In this document: positions 57,082 to 64,000 of the stretch, piece after piece
Numbering within the stretch: the first letter of the stretch is position 1
Layout of the letters: every line of letters begins with the position of its first letter
Source: an uncultured SAR86 cluster bacterium
GTDB taxonomy: Bacteria; Pseudomonadota; Gammaproteobacteria; Magnimaribacterales; D2472
Assembly (NCBI GenBank): GCA_902558095.1
Contig: CACECP010000001.1
Location: 11,353 to 75,352, forward strand
Direction: 5' to 3'
Length of the DNA: 64,000 nucleotides
The notes under the pieces: model-generated
Told to the model about the DNA's origin: nothing
Databases searched by the model: none
The model's input: only the letters and a program-made list of their open reading frames with translations
Made by a program: the position numbers and the translations under genes

Positions 57082-57990
57082 ATGATTAAAAATAAATTTT
57101 ATAGTCAGTTAGCATGCATATTAATATATGTATTTTCATTTTGGCTCTCTTATTTTTTATTGATAAATCTATCTTGGACTACAAATCTACTACAAAAACA
57201 ATTATCTGGTGATATAAATGCTATTTGGTTGTTAATATTAATTTGGCATGTTTATGCAACAATCATAGTTTATATTTTTAGTGTAATACTTAATAACTCA
57301 AGTTTGTATGATCCGTTTTGGTCAGTTGCTCCTGTGCCAATAGTAATTTTTTTAAGTATGGGGATGGATACACTAGATATTAAATTTTTAGTATTATTTC
57401 CAATCTGTTTTTGGGCTTTAAGATTAACAAGAAATTGGCTTATAAGCTGGCAAGGTTTTTCACATGAGGACTTCAGATATATAGATTTAAAGAATACAAA
57501 TAGATTTAAAGCAGAAATTACTAACTTCTTTGGTATACATTTAATTCCAACACTTATTGTTAACTTTGGATTATTTCCTCTTGTTTATTTTGTAGATTAT
57601 TCATCTTCATCAGTTTCTATGCCTTTACTATATGCTGCTTCATTGTTCACAATGCTTGCTGTAATTTTAGAGACTGTTTCAGATGAACAAATGCGAAATT
57701 TTAGATCTAATCCTGCTAATAAAGGCAAGACAATGAAATATAAATTATGGAAATATTCTCGTCATCCAAATTACCTAGGTGAAGTTTTATTTTGGTATGG
57801 AATTTATTTTATGGGTCTTTCAACAGGACTTCTTCCAATATGGACCCTTTTATGCCCTACTGTAATGTTAGCTTTATTTATATTTATATCTATACCTATG
57901 ATGGATAATAGGAGTTTAAAAAATCGCCCCAATTATAAAGAATACATGGATAAAACCTCTTCACTGTTGCTTCTTCCTCCTAAAAGATAA
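57082..57990 (+). CDS. DUF1295 / steroid 5-alpha-reductase-like membrane protein
   Basis: Polytopic. C-terminal WKYSRHPNYLGEVLFWYG motif typical of the DUF1295/ICMT-like superfamily. Confidence 0.7.
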   Translation: MIKNKFYSQLACILIYVFSFWLSYFLLINLSWTTNLLQKQLSGDINAIWLLILIWHVYATIIVYIFSVILNNSSLYDPFWSVAPVPIVIFLSMGMDTLDIKFLVLFPICFWALRLTRNWLISWQGFSHEDFRYIDLKNTNRFKAEITNFFGIHLIPTLIVNFGLFPLVYFVDYSSSSVSMPLLYAASLFTMLAVILETVSDEQMRNFRSNPANKGKTMKYKLWKYSRHPNYLGEVLFWYGIYFMGLSTGLLPIWTLLCPTVMLALFIFISIPMMDNRSLKNRPNYKEYMDKTSSLLLLPPKR

Positions 57991-58024
57991 TTGACACAAT
58001 TTTTTATAATAATAAAATCTAGAT

Positions 58025-58447
58025 ATGAATGAATTAAATGCTGTCCAAAAGTTTATATGGTTATCTGAAAGAATAATATTATTAACAATTGCAGTTGCAA
58101 CTATATATGCATCAGGAATAGAGATCGTAAGAATGTATAATGTGCAAACTGTAAATTTGAGTGACCTATTCTTGCTATTTATATACGCAGAAGTACTGGG
58201 TATGGTCGCATCATTTTACGCAAATAACAGGATTCCAGTAACATTACCATTAATCATTGCAATGACTGCTCTCACAAGAATGATAATCCTTCAAAGTAAA
58301 GATCTGAATGCAATTAATATCATTTATGAAGCTACAGGTATTTTAATACTAGCAGTGGCTGCTTATATTATGACTCTTAAGGATAAAATCAGCCTCAAAA
58401 AACTTCTATTAAGAGAGAAATTAGAGAACAATCAGGCTGATGACTAA
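58025..58447 (+). CDS. PsiE-like (phosphate-starvation-inducible E family) membrane protein
   Basis: 140 aa, four TM segments. The LFLLFIYAEVLGMV...LTRMIIL layout resembles E. coli PsiE from memory. Confidence 0.4.
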   Translation: MNELNAVQKFIWLSERIILLTIAVATIYASGIEIVRMYNVQTVNLSDLFLLFIYAEVLGMVASFYANNRIPVTLPLIIAMTALTRMIILQSKDLNAINIIYEATGILILAVAAYIMTLKDKISLKKLLLREKLENNQADD

Positions 58448-59163
58448 ATTGAACTTTCATATAGTTCTTCATATATAGGCATTGCTAAATCAACTATTCT
58501 TTTTTCATTATCAGATAATTTAATTTGTTTATTAGTTTCAGGTTTAAATGAAGTCGAATTCAAAACTGAAGGATACCAATGTTTAGCCCATACACCATCA
58601 TAGTCTTTAAATCCTGAAGACCAAGAGAGCATATTATCATCCCACTCTAATCCAACAATCTTACAGAATTTAGATAATACTCTTTTAGGATTATTTCTTA
58701 ATTTTGAAGCATCAATTATTAACGGTTTATCATTAATATTATCTTGAACATATTTATAAATATCATATTGTTGTTGAAAACCTATATCTTCAAAACCCCC
58801 ATCGTTCCATGACTTCATAAAACTATGTACTACCATTTTTGGATTTCTTATTAAAAAACAATTTGTTAATGGATTCATCCAAGAGTAGTCTTTATCAATA
58901 ATATGATGTGTCATATGCTTTTGGTAAGTCAATCCTTTACTTTTCACTTGGCAATTCTTTTTTACTTCATCAATATTATTTGGTTGACTTTCTATGACTT
59001 CTTTCTTCATAGGATGATCTTTATTGGTTGATGCCAAGTAAGATGCGTAAAATGGTTCGTCAAGAACATTTGTAACATCTGATCGATTTCCAAAACTTCT
59101 CATTAGTGCTGTAGAGAGATTTCTAGGACCTGACCACATTGCAATAATAATGTTATTAAACAT
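58444..59163 (-). CDS. Sulfotransferase-fold protein, acceptor unknown
   Basis: N-terminal P-loop-like AMWSGPRNLSTALMRSF (5'-PSB-like) and FLIRNPKMVVHSF (3'-PB-like RxPxxxxxS). 239 aa, no signal peptide. Confidence 0.45.
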   Translation of the reverse strand: MFNNIIIAMWSGPRNLSTALMRSFGNRSDVTNVLDEPFYASYLASTNKDHPMKKEVIESQPNNIDEVKKNCQVKSKGLTYQKHMTHHIIDKDYSWMNPLTNCFLIRNPKMVVHSFMKSWNDGGFEDIGFQQQYDIYKYVQDNINDKPLIIDASKLRNNPKRVLSKFCKIVGLEWDDNMLSWSSGFKDYDGVWAKHWYPSVLNSTSFKPETNKQIKLSDNEKRIVDLAMPIYEELYESSI

Positions 59164-60043
59164 TTATAAGGTTTCGATATAGCTCTCTAAGTTTCTCAGA
59201 TACTGGCCAACCAATGTTTTCATTACCAATTGAACGGCCATCAATACTTAAAACTTGGGTTAACAAGCCCAAGGTTCCAGTGATAAATGCCTCTTGTGAT
59301 GAGTAAACATCAACGAGTGAAAAATTTTTTTGGAATATAGGTATATTATTATTTTTACATAATTCAATAATTTTTAATCTAGTAATGCCATTCATGCAGT
59401 AGTCACCTGTACTAGTCCAGACCTCATTATTTTTTACAATAAAAAAATTACAAGAATTTGTAGTATTAACAAACCCATAAGGATCGAGCATTAATGCTTC
59501 ATCGCCACCTGCTTTATTCGCTTGTATACATGCGAGTATACAATTTAGCTTTGAATGACTATTAAGTTTTGGATCCTGAGACATTGGCAATCCCCTAACC
59601 TGAGGAACTGTAATTAAATTAATTCCTTGTTTAATTGAATCTGCTTCAGAATGCTCCATTATTATTACAAAATTAATACCCTCTGAAAGTGATGGTTGTT
59701 GAAAAGGTTTAACTTTGTTGCCTCGAGTTATCATTAATCTTGCATGGGCAGAAGTATTCATATTGTTTTGTTTTTGAGTTTCAATAATTGCATCTTTAAT
59801 TTCTTCTTTTGAAAGATTGATATTAATATCAATAGCTTTACATCCCTCAAACAATCTATCTAGATGTTCATCTAAAAACATCCATTTATTATTTACTAAC
59901 CTAATACCCTCCCAAATACCGTCACCTAAAAGAAAACCACTATCAAAAACTGATATTTTTGCATCATCTCTATCAAAAAATGATCCGTTAATATAAATTT
60001 TTATGTTTTCGTTTCTTTTATCTGTGTTCTTGTTAACTGGCAT
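59156..60043 (-). CDS. Class IV (branched-chain / D-amino-acid) aminotransferase
   Basis: FDSGFLLGDGIWEGIR, a central Lys region NSHSKLNCILA, and EAFITGTLG. Confidence 0.8.
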   Translation of the reverse strand: MPVNKNTDKRNENIKIYINGSFFDRDDAKISVFDSGFLLGDGIWEGIRLVNNKWMFLDEHLDRLFEGCKAIDININLSKEEIKDAIIETQKQNNMNTSAHARLMITRGNKVKPFQQPSLSEGINFVIIMEHSEADSIKQGINLITVPQVRGLPMSQDPKLNSHSKLNCILACIQANKAGGDEALMLDPYGFVNTTNSCNFFIVKNNEVWTSTGDYCMNGITRLKIIELCKNNNIPIFQKNFSLVDVYSSQEAFITGTLGLLTQVLSIDGRSIGNENIGWPVSEKLRELYRNLINV

Positions 60044-60046
60044 ATA

Positions 60047-60970
60047 TTAAAACCTTGTATCACCCATTTTTTTGCAAGTTTCATTAAACTCATCAATAAT
60101 TTCAGATATTATTTCATTAACTGGCTTTATTTGATTTATTAGTCCAGTTGACTGACCTGAGAGTGCCGGGGCAGCTTCCATATCTCCATTAAAATATAGA
60201 TCCTTAATGTTAATCATGGCAGTCATGTCCATTGAACCTTTATCATCTATATTCTTTGTTAAATTTGATTTCAAAGCTCTTATCACTGGTTTTGATGTTT
60301 TGTTAAGAATGATTGTCCCATCAATACCAGATTTAATAATTTTATTTTTAAAGTTTTCATGTACCGGGCTTTCAGAGCTTGATACAAATCTTGTTCCCAT
60401 TTGAATTCCCTCTGCTCCAGCAGCAAATACTGATGCCATCCCGGCACCATCAACAATACCACCAGCAGCAATAATAGGTAAATTAACATTTTGTCTAATT
60501 GATTGTATTAATACTAATAAACCAACTTCTTCAGGGCTTTTAAATCCACCGCCCTCAGTTCCTTCTACTACAAGGCCATCAACACCAGCATTAGCTGCTT
60601 TAAGTGCTCCTTGTAGACTAGGAACAGCATGATATACAGTTATGCCTGCATTTTTTAATACATTGACGTATTTTGTTGGATCACCAGCTGATGTTGTAAC
60701 AAATTTAACTCCCGCATCAACACAAAATTTAACCATTGAATCATCTTTAAGAAAAAGTAATGGTAAATTTACTCCAAATGGTTTATCAGTTAATTTTGAC
60801 ATTAATTGAATTTCTTTTTTACATTCATCAATCTCACCTGATGAGGTTTCTATAATACCCATACCGCCAGCATTAGAAACAGAAGAGGCAAGTTGACTTC
60901 TTGCTATCCAACCCATTGGAGCTTGAATAATTGGATACTTTGACCCAGTATGTTGAATTACTCTATTCAT
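60047..60970 (-). CDS. Nitronate monooxygenase / FabK-like FMN oxidoreductase
   Basis: YPIIQAPMGWIA, GGMGIIE, EGTEGGGF, AAGGIVDG, QMGTRF. Confidence 0.85.
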   Translation of the reverse strand: MNRVIQHTGSKYPIIQAPMGWIARSQLASSVSNAGGMGIIETSSGEIDECKKEIQLMSKLTDKPFGVNLPLLFLKDDSMVKFCVDAGVKFVTTSAGDPTKYVNVLKNAGITVYHAVPSLQGALKAANAGVDGLVVEGTEGGGFKSPEEVGLLVLIQSIRQNVNLPIIAAGGIVDGAGMASVFAAGAEGIQMGTRFVSSSESPVHENFKNKIIKSGIDGTIILNKTSKPVIRALKSNLTKNIDDKGSMDMTAMINIKDLYFNGDMEAAPALSGQSTGLINQIKPVNEIISEIIDEFNETCKKMGDTRF

Positions 60971-61114
60971 ACAAGTATTGTATATTAAAGAATATCAGAT
61001 TTATCTATTACTACTTTTTCTTTAGTAAAGCCTTTTTTTCATTTTTTCATAAATTCAATTTGTATAAAAGTTATTAATAAATAAAATTTTCTAAACATTA
61101 GTTAAAACGTTATA

Positions 61115-61145
61115 TATTGTCATAAATACTGTCAATAGTTATAAT
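61115..61145 (+). promoter_or_regulatory. Candidate tetR promoter (TTGTCA-17 nt-TATAAT) overlapped by imperfect palindrome TATTGTCA-N7-TGTCAATA
   Basis: -35 at 61117-61122 and -10 at 61140-61145. The ATG is at 61151, with no SD in between. Palindrome arms at 61115-61122 and 61130-61137 (7 of 8 complementary). Confidence 0.3.
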
Positions 61146-61150
61146 AAATT

Positions 61151-61717
61151 ATGTCTCAAGTAGATGGAAGAATTCTCCGAAGTCACAAAAGTCAGACTTT
61201 GATATTAGAATCTATAATTAATTTAATCAACAAAGGTAACTACTATCCAACTGCTGATCAAGTAGCAAAAGAATCTGGAATAGCTATAAGGACTGTCTTT
61301 AGACAATTTGATGATATGGAATCATTATTAATGAAAGTTGATGAATTAATAAATATAAAGATATTGAATGATGAAAAAGAAATAAGCTCTAGCCTTCCAT
61401 TAATATCAAGATTGAAAGATATCATTGATGAACGAATAAATATTTATGATAAATATGAAAATATTATGATTGCTACAATTACACAATTGCCGAAATATAA
61501 AATTCTTCAAAAAAAATACCCTGAATATCAAAAATTGTTAAGAAAAAGAACTGAAAAAATTATTCCTGAGATACTAAAACTTAAATCTAACAGTCAAGAA
61601 TTATTTGATGCCACATTGTCATTTGCCTTCTATGAAAGATTAAAGTTTCAAGGTATGGATAAAATAAATATTAATAAATCAATTAATGAGCTGTGCAAAA
61701 AAATATTAAAAATTTGA
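61151..61717 (+). CDS. TetR-family transcriptional regulator
   Basis: N-terminal HTH: ILESIINLINKGNYYPTADQVAKESGIAIRTVFRQFDDMESL. 188 aa. Confidence 0.8.
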   Translation: MSQVDGRILRSHKSQTLILESIINLINKGNYYPTADQVAKESGIAIRTVFRQFDDMESLLMKVDELINIKILNDEKEISSSLPLISRLKDIIDERINIYDKYENIMIATITQLPKYKILQKKYPEYQKLLRKRTEKIIPEILKLKSNSQELFDATLSFAFYERLKFQGMDKININKSINELCKKILKI

Positions 61718-61729
61718 GGATAGTAATTT

Positions 61730-62143
61730 ATGAAAGTTGAAAACAAAATCACTCCAAATGAAGAACAAATTAATGGATTTCTACAGAATCCTGATCTTGG
61801 ACCAATATCAATGGTAAATTTACTTAAATATAAAAAAACTGCTAGATATGAAGATGGTCGTGATACCAACCTTAGTGGCGAAGAGGCTTATGGTCTATAT
61901 GCTGCAGAAGTAATTAGTTATGTTGAAAAATATGGTGGCGAGTTTGTATTTGCTGGAAAAGTAAGTAGATTAATGTTGGGTGAAGTTGAAGATTTATGGG
62001 ATGCAATTGCTATTGCTAAATACCCTAGTAGAAAAGCTATGATGGATATGACCATGGATCCTGGATATCAAAAAATTCATATCCATAGAGATGCAGGACT
62101 TGAAGGCCAATTAAATATAGAAACTTTAGAAAATTTATCATGA
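61730..62143 (+). CDS. DUF1330 domain protein
   Basis: 137 aa. VNLLKYK...GEEAYGLYAAEV...GGEFVFAGKV...WDAIAIAKYPSRKAMMDM fits the DUF1330 pattern. Confidence 0.65.
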   Translation: MKVENKITPNEEQINGFLQNPDLGPISMVNLLKYKKTARYEDGRDTNLSGEEAYGLYAAEVISYVEKYGGEFVFAGKVSRLMLGEVEDLWDAIAIAKYPSRKAMMDMTMDPGYQKIHIHRDAGLEGQLNIETLENLS

Positions 62144-63195
62144 AAAAATATATAAAAATCTCATTAGCTTTGCTTTTATCAATATTTATTATTTCCTTGT
62201 TAGCTTTAAATAACCATTCTGTTCAAGACAGAATCTTAAATGTTGGTTTAAAAAATATTCTATCTAACGCAGAACCTTTTTTAGATGAAGAAGATTCACT
62301 AAAAGTTGTTATTTGTGGTTCAAGATCCCCTCTTCCTTCACCTGGACGAGCTGAATCTTGTGTTCTTGTAGAAGCTGGGAATGATATATATATTTTTGAT
62401 CTAGGCAATGGAAGCGTTAACAATCTTACTCAATACCAAATACCATGGCCAAATGTAAAAGCAGTCTTGATAACACACATGCATTCAGATCACATGGCAG
62501 ATTTGCCTGATGCCCACCTTCAATCTTGGATTCAAGGAAGAACTGCACCATTAAAAGTTTATGGTCCAGAGGGAATAAATCTCGTTACTAAAGGATTTGA
62601 GCTTGCATATTCAGCAGATTATCAATATAGAAGCGATCATCATGGAGATGACATGTTACCAATGAGTATTGCAGGATTTGATGCAATTCAAATTATAGAT
62701 AATCAATTAATTCCAAACGATACTAAAGGATTAGAAATTTTACCGTTTGTAGTTGATCACTATCCTGTAAATTCAGCATTTGGTTTTAAAATATCATACA
62801 AAGGAAGAACGGTAGTTATAAGTGGAGACACTATTCATGATGGGAGTGTTCAAAAATATTCAAAAGATGTTGATCTATTAGTTCATTCGGCTATATCAAT
62901 AGATATTGTTGAAAGAATGAGAGATCTTGCTCCGATACCTCAAATGGATAAAATACTACTTGATATTCAGGATTATCACACAAGCATAGAAGAAGCTGGT
63001 GAAATTGCTAGAGATGCCAATGTAAAGCATTTGCTTATTTACCATTCCATACCAACACCTCGTAATTCTTTAATGGAAAGAGTATTTTTTAGACCTATTG
63101 AGGGTGTATTTGATGAATATAGCCTTTCAGATGATGGAACAAGGGTTGTTATGCCAGTTGATAACAATGAAATACTTATTGATCATATAAATTAA
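62140..63195 (+). CDS. Membrane-anchored or secreted MBL-fold metallohydrolase (RNase Z / AtsA-like subgroup)
   Basis: N-terminal hydrophobic segment. VVICGSRSPLPSPGR, HxHxDH as THMHSDHMAD, ISGDT, LVHSA. Confidence 0.8.
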   Translation: MKKYIKISLALLLSIFIISLLALNNHSVQDRILNVGLKNILSNAEPFLDEEDSLKVVICGSRSPLPSPGRAESCVLVEAGNDIYIFDLGNGSVNNLTQYQIPWPNVKAVLITHMHSDHMADLPDAHLQSWIQGRTAPLKVYGPEGINLVTKGFELAYSADYQYRSDHHGDDMLPMSIAGFDAIQIIDNQLIPNDTKGLEILPFVVDHYPVNSAFGFKISYKGRTVVISGDTIHDGSVQKYSKDVDLLVHSAISIDIVERMRDLAPIPQMDKILLDIQDYHTSIEEAGEIARDANVKHLLIYHSIPTPRNSLMERVFFRPIEGVFDEYSLSDDGTRVVMPVDNNEILIDHIN

Positions 63196-63653
63196 TGGCA
63201 TTATTTCCTAACAATTTAAATAATGAATACACGGGTTCAAAAATAGCGATATATGGCCTTTATCCTGTTTTTGCTTTATATATATTTAGATCACTTGTTC
63301 ATTTCCTTTCAGAAAATGCTGGTCTTGTTGGTATTGCAACAATAAAAGAACTTGCAATTATAGATAACATTGATCCGAATAATCTGGTTTATTTATTTGC
63401 ATCGCTTTGGGGAGCAACACAAGTTTCATTGACATTAATTTTATTAATTTTATTTGTTAAATATAAAAACCTAGTGCCTCTAATATATATGATATGTCTC
63501 TTAGACCATTGTTTTAGATTAATTTCAGGTTCATTTCATCCTTTAACCGATGATTACTATATAAACACTCCTCCTGGTGTTATTGGGAATATACCGATAT
63601 TAATATACTTTATGATAATGTTTTATTTATCGTTAAAAAAAGGAAATACATAA
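63195..63653 (+). CDS. Four-TM membrane protein, unknown function
   Basis: TAATG overlap with the MBL gene. Hydrophobic segments throughout. 152 aa. Confidence 0.5.
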   Translation: MALFPNNLNNEYTGSKIAIYGLYPVFALYIFRSLVHFLSENAGLVGIATIKELAIIDNIDPNNLVYLFASLWGATQVSLTLILLILFVKYKNLVPLIYMICLLDHCFRLISGSFHPLTDDYYINTPPGVIGNIPILIYFMIMFYLSLKKGNT

Positions 63654-63654
63654 T

Positions 63655-64000
63655 ATGATTGATTTTTATTTTTCATACAGAAGTCCATATTCATATTTAA
63701 TTCTTCCAAGAATGCTAAGACTTAAGAATGAATACAAATTGGATATAAATTTTAAAATCGTCTATCCAATAGCAATAAGGATGCCTGAATGGTTTGACAA
63801 CAAAAATATATTCTTCTTTATTCCATTTATAAGAGACTTTAAGAAAAAAGCAAAAAAATTAAATATGCCATTAAATATGCCAATAAAACCTGATCCAATT
63901 AAACAAAACACATTAACTGGAAAAATAGCTGATCATCAACCTTATATATTTGATGTATGTCATATAGGCCAGTTAATGAGTAATAGAGGTAAAGGAATAG
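63655..64000 (+). CDS. DsbA-like 2-hydroxychromene-2-carboxylate isomerase family protein (3' end beyond the window; not in supplied track)
   Basis: My translation starts MIDFYFSYRSPYSYLILPRMLRLKNEYKLDINFKIVYPIAIRMPEW. The FYFSYRSPYSY N-terminus is typical of the HCCA-isomerase/kappa-GST-like family. The frame is open to the window end. Confidence 0.65.
   Translation, partial: MIDFYFSYRSPYSYLILPRMLRLKNEYKLDINFKIVYPIAIRMPEWFDNKNIFFFIPFIRDFKKKAKKLNMPLNMPIKPDPIKQNTLTGKIADHQPYIFDVCHIGQLMSNRGKGI

Noticed and set aside
1-64000. CRISPR arrays, insertion sequences, integrases, prophage or toxin-antitoxin/defence genes.
   Set aside because: I found no regularly spaced direct repeats, no transposase-, integrase-, phage- or nuclease/ATPase-type defence ORFs, and no terminal inverted repeats flanking any block. 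The only tandem repeat is the coding 15-mer in rne.

Overview
This is a very AT-rich, about 97% coding stretch (my tally of the gaps between called genes) of a gammaproteobacterial chromosome. The order-level call rests on gene content and synteny: rne/rluC divergent; rpmF-fabD-fabG-acpP-mltG-tmk-holB; mfd-gap-nqrABCDEF-apbE-nqrM; clpS-clpA-infA. AT-richness, tiny spacers, overlapping genes, Na+-NQR, a laminarinase lipoprotein and exported peptidases suggest a streamlined marine planktonic lineage (SAR86-like is a guess only). I found no rRNA, tRNA, CRISPR array, transposase, integrase or prophage genes. About 1-45.9 kb is housekeeping: pdxJ, grxD, rnt, metG, mrp, mlaA, dusA, nhaB, nudC, rne, rluC, the fab cluster, mfd, two acyl-CoA dehydrogenases, a long-form GAPDH, the full Na+-NQR operon, aceA, purB, mnmA, icd, clpSA and infA. 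Two short ORFs are missing from the supplied track: an NqrM-type gene (37437-37613) and a DUF2970-like gene (22047-22211). About 46-64 kb looks accessory. It holds an exported-peptidase cluster (M64-like lipoprotein, M14, S10), a biotin-domain-less carboxyltransferase, and a secreted cupin plus unknown-protein pair with a clean terminator. It also holds three membrane proteins and a tightly packed TetR-centred eight-gene divergon of unassigned function. That divergon is my best candidate for an undescribed system, followed by the secreted pair. Several housekeeping proteins have lost canonical metal-binding cysteines: the RNase E Zn-link, the Mrp/ApbC CXXC and the NudC zinc motif. All family calls come from reading motifs by eye; no searches were run.
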